A stretch of DNA of 64,000 nt from Acidobacteriota bacterium. GTDB taxonomy: Bacteria; Acidobacteriota; UBA4820; DSQY01. Where the stretch lies: positions 9,661-73,660 of the forward strand of contig JBMFSH010000013.1 in the NCBI GenBank assembly GCA_049967655.1, given 5' to 3'. The notes beneath the pieces were generated by a model. That model was not told the origin of the DNA and ran no database searches. It was given only the letters and a program-made list of their open reading frames with translations. The translations under genes and the position numbers were made by a program. Numbering within the stretch: the stretch's first letter is position 1; the number at the start of each line of letters is the position of its first letter. This document shows positions 50,633 to 58,698 of the stretch, one piece after another.

Positions 50633-51078
50633 GGCACAGGAGCCGAGGTTCCACGACCTTCCCCGCCCTGATTTGGCTGCTGGCCCTGTTGGCGGTGGTG
50701 CTGTGCCTGCCCCTGCTCTTCCTGGGGGCGATCTTCGTCCTCTCGGCCTTCCACCCCGACGCGGTGGCGCAGGGCAAGAGCCTCCCCAGGGCGGCGATCG
50801 GTGGAATCCTCCTGCTGGGAGGCCTGCTGCTGGTTGCTCTGGCCGTGGTCCTCGCCCGCAATGCCATGCGGGACAACGGCCGGCCGGGGGATCTCTCCGG
50901 TGGCGTGGCCGGGGGGCAGGAGCCGCCGGGAGAGATCCATCTCAAGGCGCTCAACTGCCCGCACTGCGGCGGCCAGGTGGATGCCTCCACGGCGCGCCTG
51001 AATCCCGAGGGGACGCTCACCCTCACCTGCCCCTACTGCAAGGGCTCCTTCCTGATCCAGGAGGAGCCAAAGTGGTGA
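50629..51078 (+). CDS. Two-TM membrane protein with C-terminal zinc ribbon
   Basis: ATGA-coupled to the phosphatase; two hydrophobic helices, then CPHCGG...CPYC and terminal EEPKW. Confidence 0.8.
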   Translation: MRHRSRGSTTFPALIWLLALLAVVLCLPLLFLGAIFVLSAFHPDAVAQGKSLPRAAIGGILLLGGLLLVALAVVLARNAMRDNGRPGDLSGGVAGGQEPPGEIHLKALNCPHCGGQVDASTARLNPEGTLTLTCPYCKGSFLIQEEPKW

Positions 51079-51209
51079 TCGCGGCGAAGCCGCGATCACC
51101 ATCCCGAGGGCTTCCTCAAAGGCAGTCCCCGGAGGGATCGGGTGGTTCTCGAGGAGATTGATGGGCGAAAGCGCGGCGAAGGCCGCCCGCTTCGGAGGGA
51201 GAAAGGATC

Positions 51210-52748
51210 ATGAAGAGACTGTTCGTGGCCTTGGTGGCCGTGGCGGTGGGCCTCTCCGTCCTGGCCGATTACCGGTTCGAGGTGCCGCAGAACCGCAGCG
51301 TCGTCGAAGTGAATCGCGATGCCTCCATCACCATTCGGTACGCCATCACCTTCCGGAATCAGGGACAGCCGATCGACGTCATCGACGTGGGCCTCCCCGA
51401 CGGCCAGTACGATCTGAAGGGGGTGAAGGCGGACCTGGACGGGGCGCCCCTGACGGATATCCGGCCCTCTTCCTACCTCCAGTACGGGGTGGAGGTCCAC
51501 CTAGGCGAGAGGGCCATTGCCGCGGGCTCCGAGGGGACGCTGCACCTCTCGGCCGTGGCCAAGAACAGGGTGTTCCCCGACAGCAAGGACCCCTCCTACG
51601 CCAGCCTTGAATTCAGCCCCACTTGGTACGGCTCGCAGTACACCTCGGGGACCACTCTCCTGGTCTGCAGCTTCATCTTCCCGGAAGGCGTGGGGCCTGA
51701 CGATCCCCGTTACCACGGTAGGCCTTTCACCTCGGCCCGGGTGGAGCAGGGCCGGGTCATCTACACGTGGGACCGGCCGAACGCCTCTCCCTCTCGCCAA
51801 TACACCTTCGGGGCATCGTTCCCGGCCAAGGTCATGGAGCGTCTGGCCGCCGTTCCGAAGGGGCCGGGGCCGGCAGCCGCGATAGCGGCGGCCATGGGGA
51901 CGCTCATCCTCGGCGCCTTGCCCTGCGTCTTCGTGGTCGCCTTCTTCGGCCTCTTCATCCTGGTGATCGTCCAGTCCCGGCGCCGGCGCCTCCAGTACCT
52001 GCCGCCCAGCATCGGGATGGAGGGAGTGGAGGTGCGGAGGGGGCTGACGGTGCCCGAGGTGGCCGTCCTCATGGAGGAGCCCGTGGACAAGGTGATGGCC
52101 CTCCTCCTCTTCGGAATGATCCGCAAGAACCTCGTGAAGGTCGTGGGGCGATCGCCCCTGAAGCTGGAGCTGGTACCCGGGGAGTCCCCGGCCGCGGACT
52201 ACGAGCAGGCCTTCGCCAAGGCCGTTCAGGACGACGGACGAATCAGCGAGAAGGAGGCGGTGGCGGTCCTGACGGATCTCATCAAGCGGGTCCAAGAGAA
52301 GATGAAGGGCTTCAGCCGGAAGAAGAGCGTCCTCTACTACCAAGAGATCATGAGGAAGGCGTGGGAGCAGGTGGGGAGCCAGGACTACGCCCAGGCCTTC
52401 GAGTGGATGCTCCTGGACCGTGAGTTCGGTCAGCGGGCCGCCCAGCGTTTCGGGAGCAACCCCATGCCGCTCCCCGTCTGGTGGGTGCCCCTGTACACCG
52501 GCCAGACGGCCGGCGCTACGGTAGGTGGGGCGCCCGCTCCGAGCCCCGTGGCGGCGGCCAACACCGTTGTGACGGGGCTGGAGGGGTTCGCCCACGACCT
52601 GGTGAACAGCGTCCCCGGCCTCGCCACCCAGGTCACCGAGCGGACGAATCCCGTGCCGCAGTCTTCGGGGAGCGCTTCGGGAGGCGGCTGTGCCTGTGCG
52701 TGCGCTTGCGCCGGCTGCGCCTGCGCCTGCGCGGGAGGCGGAAGATGA
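51210..52748 (+). CDS. DUF2207-like membrane protein with C-terminal Cys-Ala repeat tail
   Basis: Signal peptide, beta-rich exported domain, TM segment followed by RRRR, cytoplasmic domain, and a tail ending SGGGCACACACAGCACACAGGGR. Confidence 0.85.
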   Translation: MKRLFVALVAVAVGLSVLADYRFEVPQNRSVVEVNRDASITIRYAITFRNQGQPIDVIDVGLPDGQYDLKGVKADLDGAPLTDIRPSSYLQYGVEVHLGERAIAAGSEGTLHLSAVAKNRVFPDSKDPSYASLEFSPTWYGSQYTSGTTLLVCSFIFPEGVGPDDPRYHGRPFTSARVEQGRVIYTWDRPNASPSRQYTFGASFPAKVMERLAAVPKGPGPAAAIAAAMGTLILGALPCVFVVAFFGLFILVIVQSRRRRLQYLPPSIGMEGVEVRRGLTVPEVAVLMEEPVDKVMALLLFGMIRKNLVKVVGRSPLKLELVPGESPAADYEQAFAKAVQDDGRISEKEAVAVLTDLIKRVQEKMKGFSRKKSVLYYQEIMRKAWEQVGSQDYAQAFEWMLLDREFGQRAAQRFGSNPMPLPVWWVPLYTGQTAGATVGGAPAPSPVAAANTVVTGLEGFAHDLVNSVPGLATQVTERTNPVPQSSGSASGGGCACACACAGCACACAGGGR

Positions 52749-52809
52749 ACGGCCCGAAGGGAAATAGGCTCGACCTGGTGCTCGGCAGTGAGGCCAAAGG
52801 GAGGATGCC

Positions 52810-54156
52810 ATGGGGCTGAGAGACCTCTTCAGGAGAACCGAGCGGGTCAAGGCGGGACTCTACCCGGGAACCCTCGTCGTGGAGGGGACCGCCCACCGGA
52901 TTCACCTCCGGGTCGAGCCCTCGGGAGCCGGGATCCTCACCCTCGACGCCAGCCGGATCCTCCACCTGAACCCCACCGCGGCGGAGATGGTGAAGCACCT
53001 GGTGGACGGGTTGAGCGAGCCCGAGACGGTGGAACTCATGGCCCGGCGCTATCGCGTGAAGCGCGCCGTATTGGAGCCGGACCTCTCGCGCATCCTCCAG
53101 GCGGTGCGCACGCTCTCCGCCACGGACCAGGTCTGTCCCCTGTCGGACCTGGGGATCGAGCTCATCGAACCCTTCTCAACCGCCATGAGCGCCCCGCTGC
53201 GCATGGACTTGGCCCTCACCTACCGCTGCCAGAACCGGTGCAGCCACTGCTACAACCAGGAGTTCAGGGAGGTCTCCGAGCTGGACACGGCAGGCTGGAG
53301 GCGGGTGCTGGAGGCCTGCGAGTCGGCGGGAATCCCGCACGTGGTCTTCACGGGAGGCGAGCCCACGCTCCGCGACGACCTTCCCGTGCTGGTGGCCTAC
53401 GCGGGAGAACTGGGGCTGGTCACGGGCCTCAACACCAACGGGCGGCGCCTGCGGGACGCCGCCTACACGGGGGCGCTTCGGGAGGCCGGTCTGGATCACG
53501 TCCAGATCACCCTGGAGTCGGCCGATCCAAGCCTCCACAACGCCCTGACTCGATCCGACTCCTTCGAGGAGACCCTGGCCGGGCTCCGCGAGTCCAAGGC
53601 TTCGGGCCTCTTCACCCTGACCAACACCACGCTCACGCGGGTCAACCTGCCCGGCATCGAAAATCTCGTGGACCTGGTGGCCGCCGAGGGTCTCGGCACC
53701 TTCGCCGTCAACGGGATGATCTACTCGGGCAAGGGCAAGAGCTCGGGCATCGACCTCACCTCGCGGGAGGTCGTCCCCGTTCTGGAGACGCTGGCCCGGC
53801 TGGCCCGCGAAAAGGGTCTCCGCTTCGTCTGGTACACCCCGACGCGGTACTGCGAGCTGAACCCCGTGGAGATGGCGCTCGGCGTCAAGCAGTGCACGGC
53901 GGCCCGATTGAGCATGGCGGTCGAGCCGGACGGAACGGTCATTCCCTGCCAATCCTATTACGAAGGCGTAGGCAACCTTCTGACCGATTCATGGGAGTCC
54001 ATCTGGAACCACCCCCTCTGCCTCAAGCTCCGTCAGCCCCAGAAGCCCCTGCCCGAGTGCGAGGCCTGCGAGCACCTCAGCCTCTGCGGGGGCGGGTGTC
54101 CGCTGGAGGCTGCGCACCAGAAGCTGACCTGCCGCGAGGTGGCGAGCGGGGGGTGA
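52810..54156 (+). CDS. Radical SAM/SPASM enzyme with N-terminal PqqD/RRE domain
   Basis: RRE-like ILHLNPTAAEMV...RRYRV...LEPDL; CQNRCSHC; FTGGEP; TNG; SPASM motifs CTAARLSMAVEPDGTVIPC and CEACEHLSLCGGGC. Confidence 0.93.
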   Translation: MGLRDLFRRTERVKAGLYPGTLVVEGTAHRIHLRVEPSGAGILTLDASRILHLNPTAAEMVKHLVDGLSEPETVELMARRYRVKRAVLEPDLSRILQAVRTLSATDQVCPLSDLGIELIEPFSTAMSAPLRMDLALTYRCQNRCSHCYNQEFREVSELDTAGWRRVLEACESAGIPHVVFTGGEPTLRDDLPVLVAYAGELGLVTGLNTNGRRLRDAAYTGALREAGLDHVQITLESADPSLHNALTRSDSFEETLAGLRESKASGLFTLTNTTLTRVNLPGIENLVDLVAAEGLGTFAVNGMIYSGKGKSSGIDLTSREVVPVLETLARLAREKGLRFVWYTPTRYCELNPVEMALGVKQCTAARLSMAVEPDGTVIPCQSYYEGVGNLLTDSWESIWNHPLCLKLRQPQKPLPECEACEHLSLCGGGCPLEAAHQKLTCREVASGG

Positions 54157-54435
54157 GGGAGCCGCCGCAGGGCGAAGGGGAGCGGGGGAACGGGGAGGTT
54201 CCCCCGCGCGCAGGGCATCCCGCGCAAGGGCCGGGAGGAGCAGCGAGCCGGCGAAGCCGGTGAAGCGCCGAGGAGGGCCGGCCGAGGCCCTCCTCGGGGA
54301 GCGCCAGTGGCGCGACGCGGGGGCGGGTGTCCGCTGGAGGCTGCGCACCAGAAGCTGACCTGCCGCGAGGTGGCGAGCGGGGGGTGAGGGAGCCGCCGCA
54401 GGGCGAAGGGGAGCGGGGGAACGGGGAGGTTCCCC
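54086..54435 (+). repeat. 119-bp exact direct repeat covering the radical SAM 3' end
   Basis: 54086-54204 equals 54317-54435, separated by a 112-bp GC-rich hairpin spacer. Confidence 0.9.
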
Positions 54436-54469
54436 ATCCATCCTCCATCCTCTATCATCCATCATCACC

Positions 54470-54582
54470 CCAAAATTGGGGCGGCCCGCCCTTGCGGGCG
54501 GGCCTGTGGAAGGGGAGGGAGGGATTGGGTTCGGAGGGGCCGAACCTCTCGGCGCCTGGAACGTTGTTCTCGGCACCGAAGA
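54470..54582 (-). ncRNA. Putative sigma54-dependent sRNA
   Basis: Lies downstream of a -24/-12 motif; three hairpins, CU-rich exposed tracts, a GCAA tetraloop in the minus orientation; no SD/start pair. Confidence 0.4.
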
Positions 54583-54592
54583 TTTTTTGGGA

Positions 54593-54719
54593 TGCATCAC
54601 GCATGCCAGTTTCCCCGAAAAAAGGAAGGTATGTTTTTTCAGCTTATTGTGAAACGGGCCTGGGTGAACCATGCCAAAGCGGCCGGGGCATTGGGGCCCG
54701 GATGTGCCGAAGCGGCACA
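54593..54719 (-). promoter_or_regulatory. Sigma54 promoter with IHF site and upstream activator palindrome
   Basis: TGGCAT-GCGTG-ATGCA (54608-54593); IHF-like TTTCAGcttaTTG (54637-54649); TGTGCCG-AAG-CGGCACA (54703-54719). Confidence 0.55.
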
Positions 54720-54896
54720 CCCGTCGAGTCAGGGCGGGGACCGACAAGGGGAGGGCTGATCCGGAAGGCGAAAGGTGCATCGAGAACGAGGGCTCCCCAC
54801 GCCGCGGAGGTCTTCGACGGAATCAGCGGCCGTCGCTCATGACTCCGACTGTGCTAACCTCAAAGCCCGGACCCGATGAGATCGGGAGGAGGGACC

Positions 54897-55349
54897 ATGG
54901 CAGGGGAGGAGGGGCGAGGCGAGCAGGCGGGGGCGTTGGACCACGAGGTGTGGGCCGCCTGTCCCAACTGCGGCGGCCAGAACCGCTGGGGGCTCCTCCA
55001 GAGGCTCACCGTATGCACCTACTGCGACTCGCGCCTCCTGCCGCCCTCGCTGGCGCCGGCCGATTGGTCGCCCCTCGCACCGAAGCTGCTGGCCGGGCTC
55101 TTGCCAGATCAGGCCCAGGTACGGTTCAATCCGGTGATCCTGCGGCGGCTGTTGGGCGCCCAGTTCACCGCGGGGCGGGCGGAGCTGGTCTATGCACCCT
55201 TCCCGCTGAGCGAAGCGGGAGAGCCTGTGGTATCGGGTCCCGGAGGCGCGGTGGGGTCGCCGCCGCTCTTCGGCGGGGTCTTCCCTCCGGGCCTCTACCG
55301 CTCGGTGAAACGCTGGATGGCCAAGGCGCCGGCGACAGAGGACCGATGA
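54897..55349 (+). CDS. Hypothetical protein with N-terminal zinc ribbon
   Basis: GGAGGAGG SD; CPNCGG...CTYCDS. Confidence 0.65.
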   Translation: MAGEEGRGEQAGALDHEVWAACPNCGGQNRWGLLQRLTVCTYCDSRLLPPSLAPADWSPLAPKLLAGLLPDQAQVRFNPVILRRLLGAQFTAGRAELVYAPFPLSEAGEPVVSGPGGAVGSPPLFGGVFPPGLYRSVKRWMAKAPATEDR

Positions 55350-55498
55350 GGGATGAGTGACGAAATGAGGGAGGAGGCGGGGCGCGTTGCCCGCTCAATC
55401 CTGGAATCGCTGGGTGGAGCAACCATGGCTGTCCAAAGGCGTGTCGGTCCGCACTTACGCGGTTTGTTCTCCGGAGCGAAGCGGAGGGAGAGGATCCC

Positions 55499-56296
55499 AT
55501 GAACCCCTATCTCATCGCGGTCATCCAGGGCATCGTCGAGGGACTCACGGAGTTCATCCCCGTCTCGTCCACCGGCCACCTGATCCTCACCGGGAACCTC
55601 ATCGGCTTTACGGGCGAGGCATCGAAGGACTTCGAGATCATCATCCAGCTCGGGGCCATCCTGGCGGTGGCCTGGCTCTACCGCCGACACCTCTGGCAGA
55701 TCCTCTGGCGCTGGCACTTCAAGCGGGACCAGGGGGGGCTCAACGTCTGGCACATGGCCCTCGGCATGATTCCCGCCTCGGTGGTCGGGTTGCTGGGCTT
55801 CCACGCCATCAAGACCTACCTGTTCACGCCCGCGACGGTCCTCATAGGCCTCGTGGGAGGGGGCATCTGGATGATTCTCGTGGAGCGGTTCCCTCGGCCC
55901 ATATCAGCCCCCACGGCGGATTCCGTCACCTACCTCCAGGCGCTCGGCATCGGGTGCTTCCAGTGCCTCGCCCTCTGGCCGGGCTTCTCTCGCTCCGGGG
56001 CCACCATCGCCGGGGCGCTCCTGCTGGGACTCGGATTGCGCGCCGCCGCCGACTTCTCCTTCATGCTGGCCGTGCCCGTCATGGTGGCCGCCACGGGCCT
56101 CGACCTCTTCAAGAGCGCCTCGAGCCTGCCCTCTTCGGACTTCGGCATGTTCGCCGTGGGCTTCCTGGTCTCCTTCGTCGTCGGGTGGCTGGCCGTGGTC
56201 TGGTTTCTGCGCCTCCTGGTGCGGGTGAAGCTCACCCCCTTCGCCTACTACCGCTTCGCCGTGGCGGCCGCCTTCGGGCTCTACTTCTTCCGATAG
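55499..56296 (+). CDS. uppP: Undecaprenyl-diphosphate phosphatase
   Basis: GIVEGLTEFIPVSSTGH, IQLGAILA and PGFSRSGATI motifs. Confidence 0.97.
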   Translation: MNPYLIAVIQGIVEGLTEFIPVSSTGHLILTGNLIGFTGEASKDFEIIIQLGAILAVAWLYRRHLWQILWRWHFKRDQGGLNVWHMALGMIPASVVGLLGFHAIKTYLFTPATVLIGLVGGGIWMILVERFPRPISAPTADSVTYLQALGIGCFQCLALWPGFSRSGATIAGALLLGLGLRAAADFSFMLAVPVMVAATGLDLFKSASSLPSSDFGMFAVGFLVSFVVGWLAVVWFLRLLVRVKLTPFAYYRFAVAAAFGLYFFR

Positions 56297-56329
56297 GAGG
56301 CGAGCCAGCCCGCGGCCCGGAGAGAGACG

Positions 56330-57031
56330 TTGAACACGCTCAGGCCGTCGCCGCATCAGCTCGTCCGGACCCGCCCCATTCGCTTGGCCGTGTACCGGAA
56401 GGCCCGGCTCTCCCTGCGGCGCCGGGTGCTCGATGTGGGGGCCGGAGGCGGAGAGGTGGCCGCGGAGATGGCCTCCCGCACGGACCGGAGGGTATGGGCG
56501 CTGGACCTGGACCCGGCCGCCCACCAGGCGGGCGGAGTCATCCCCGTGGCGGGCACGGCGGCGGCCCTGCCCTTCGCCGACGGGACCTTCGACGCCGTGG
56601 CCTTCCACTTCGTGCTCCTCTGGCTGCGCGACCCGGTGGCCTGCCTGAGGGAGGCCCGCCGCGTGCTCGCGTCCGGCGGCGTGGCGATGATCCTCTCCGA
56701 GCCCGATCTCGCTCGCCGCGAAGATGAGCCGGACGCCGGACTGGGCGCGGCCCTGCGGGCAGCCGTCCGCAGAGCCGGCGGGCACCCCGACGCCGGAGCC
56801 CGGCTGGCTGGCTGGCTCGGGCAAGCGGGATTCAGGCCGGACCTGTGCGAAACGCCAGAGGAGTGGGTATCCATAGAGGATCCCCAGGAGACCGACTGGG
56901 AGATTGAGTTCCTCGTCTCCACGGGAACGCTGCGCGGCGAGGAGGGGACCCGTCTGCGGAAGGCCATGGAGAGGGGCCGGCCATTGCGCGTCCGACTTCC
57001 CATCGCCTTCGGCTGCGGCTGGCGGACCTAG
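56330..57031 (+). CDS. Class I SAM-dependent methyltransferase
   Basis: VLDVGAGGG, LPFADGTFD and EARRVL..GG motifs; TTG start. Confidence 0.85.
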   Translation: MNTLRPSPHQLVRTRPIRLAVYRKARLSLRRRVLDVGAGGGEVAAEMASRTDRRVWALDLDPAAHQAGGVIPVAGTAAALPFADGTFDAVAFHFVLLWLRDPVACLREARRVLASGGVAMILSEPDLARREDEPDAGLGAALRAAVRRAGGHPDAGARLAGWLGQAGFRPDLCETPEEWVSIEDPQETDWEIEFLVSTGTLRGEEGTRLRKAMERGRPLRVRLPIAFGCGWRT

Positions 57032-57149
57032 GGGTACGTTCCATAGCCTTTCCCCCGCGACGACTCCCAGGCCGCCATGCGGGCGGTGCCCGTAAGGGCG
57101 GGATGGCCTCCTCCGGGGCGCATTGCGGGTCCTCCGGCAAAATCGTCAC

Positions 57150-57193
57150 TTGCCTTCCTCCGTTCGCACAGTTATATTCCGATCTATCGATAT
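57150..57193 (+). promoter_or_regulatory. arsR1 promoter/operator
   Basis: TTGCCT-17-TATATT with an overlapping imperfect palindrome ATATTCCGATCTATCGATAT. Confidence 0.65.
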
Positions 57194-57204
57194 GAGGAGG
57201 ACCC

Positions 57205-57615
57205 ATGTATCGGGAACTGGAAACCACGCTAAAGGCGGCCGGGGATCGCACCAGGCTTCGGATCCTCCACATGCTGGCGGAAGGCCCGCTCTGCGTCTGC
57301 CAGATCGTGGCGGTTCTGGATCTCACCCAGCCCACCATCAGCAAGCACCTGTCGGTGCTCAAGAACGCCGGCCTCATCGAGGACGAGAAGCGGGGCAAGT
57401 GGGTCTTTTACGAGATCGCCAGGGGAATCAAGAAGGATCCCGCGCGAAGGCGCCTGCTGAGGCTCATCGAGAAGGCCCTGGTCAGGGATCCGGATGCCGG
57501 ACGGGACCTCAAACAGGCCGGGCGGGAGAAGGCGAAGGACCTGGCGGCAAGGTGCTCCGATGAATCTAGTCCGCGGAGCAAGGCGGGCCTCGCCTCGGCT
57601 GGAGGCCGGCCATGA
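57205..57615 (+). CDS. arsR: ArsR-family repressor
   Basis: [21 protein letters not shown] and RGKWVFY motifs; coupled to acr3. Confidence 0.92.
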   Translation: MYRELETTLKAAGDRTRLRILHMLAEGPLCVCQIVAVLDLTQPTISKHLSVLKNAGLIEDEKRGKWVFYEIARGIKKDPARRRLLRLIEKALVRDPDAGRDLKQAGREKAKDLAARCSDESSPRSKAGLASAGGRP

Positions 57616-58670
57616 AAGAGCGCGTCGCCCGGCGGCTCTCCTTCCTCGACCGCTATCTGACGCTCTGGATCTTCGTTGCCATGGGCGCTGGGGTTGCCCT
57701 CGGCTACTTCGTCCCCGGCGTGGAGGGGTTCATCCATAGGTTCCAGGTGGGCACGACCAATCTTCCCATCGCCATCGGGCTGATTCTCATGATGTACCCG
57801 CCCCTGGCCAAGGTGCGCTACGAGGAGCTGGGCGATGTCTTTCGCAACGCCAAGGTCCTGGGGCTCTCGCTGGTGCAGAACTGGATCGCTGGCCCCATCC
57901 TGATGTTCGCGCTCGCCGTGGTATTCCTGCGCGGCTATCCCGAGTACATGGTGGGCCTCATCATGATCGGCCTCGCCCGCTGCATCGCCATGGTCATCGT
58001 CTGGAACGAGCTGGCGCAGGGCGACACGGAGTACTGCGCGGGCCTCGTGGCCTTCAACAGCGTGTTCCAGGTGCTCTTCTACAGCTTGTACGCGTGGGTC
58101 TTCATCACCCTCTTGCCGCCCCTGGTGGGCCTCAAGGGTCTGGCCGTCCACGTGAGCATGGGCCAGATCGCCGAGAGCGTCTTCATCTATCTCGGGATCC
58201 CCTTCCTGGCCGGGATGCTCACGCGCTTTCTGCTGGTGAAGGCCAAGGGCAAGAGCTGGTACCACGAGCGGTTCATTCCGAAGATCAGCCCCATTACGCT
58301 CGTGGCTCTGCTCTTCACCATCGTCGTGATGTTCAGCCTCAAGGGCAACCTGATCGTCCAGATTCCACTGGACGTGGTGCGCATCGCTATCCCCCTGCTC
58401 TGCTACTTCGTCCTCATGTTCCTCGTGAGCTTCTGGATGGGCAAGAAGGTCGGGGCGACCTATCCCCAGACGGCGACCCTTTCCTTTACGGCCGCGAGCA
58501 ACAACTTCGAGCTCGCCATCGCCGTGGCCGTGGCCGTCTTCGGCATCAACTCCGGCGAGGCCTTCGCCGCCGTCATCGGCCCGCTGGTCGAGGTCCCGGT
58601 GCTCATCAGCCTGGTCAATGTTTCGCTCGCCCTGAGACGGCGGTGGTTCACCTCAGAGGGCGCCGCGTGA
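57612..58670 (+). CDS. acr3: Acr3 arsenite efflux permease
   Basis: [36 protein letters not shown] and GPLVEVP motifs. Confidence 0.97.
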   Translation: MKERVARRLSFLDRYLTLWIFVAMGAGVALGYFVPGVEGFIHRFQVGTTNLPIAIGLILMMYPPLAKVRYEELGDVFRNAKVLGLSLVQNWIAGPILMFALAVVFLRGYPEYMVGLIMIGLARCIAMVIVWNELAQGDTEYCAGLVAFNSVFQVLFYSLYAWVFITLLPPLVGLKGLAVHVSMGQIAESVFIYLGIPFLAGMLTRFLLVKAKGKSWYHERFIPKISPITLVALLFTIVVMFSLKGNLIVQIPLDVVRIAIPLLCYFVLMFLVSFWMGKKVGATYPQTATLSFTAASNNFELAIAVAVAVFGINSGEAFAAVIGPLVEVPVLISLVNVSLALRRRWFTSEGAA

Positions 58671-58698
58671 TTCCGGGCGCTCGGGAAAGGAGGGGGTC

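Noticed and set aside
52810..54156. Calling the radical SAM gene pqqE, mftC or a heme-biosynthesis Ahb/NirJ enzyme
   Set aside because: No pqqA/B/C, mftA/B or ahb/nir neighbours; the context points to a different substrate.
54086..54435. Diversity-generating retroelement TR/VR pair at the radical SAM 3' end
   Set aside because: The copies are identical, with no adenine-specific mismatches, and no reverse transcriptase is in the window.
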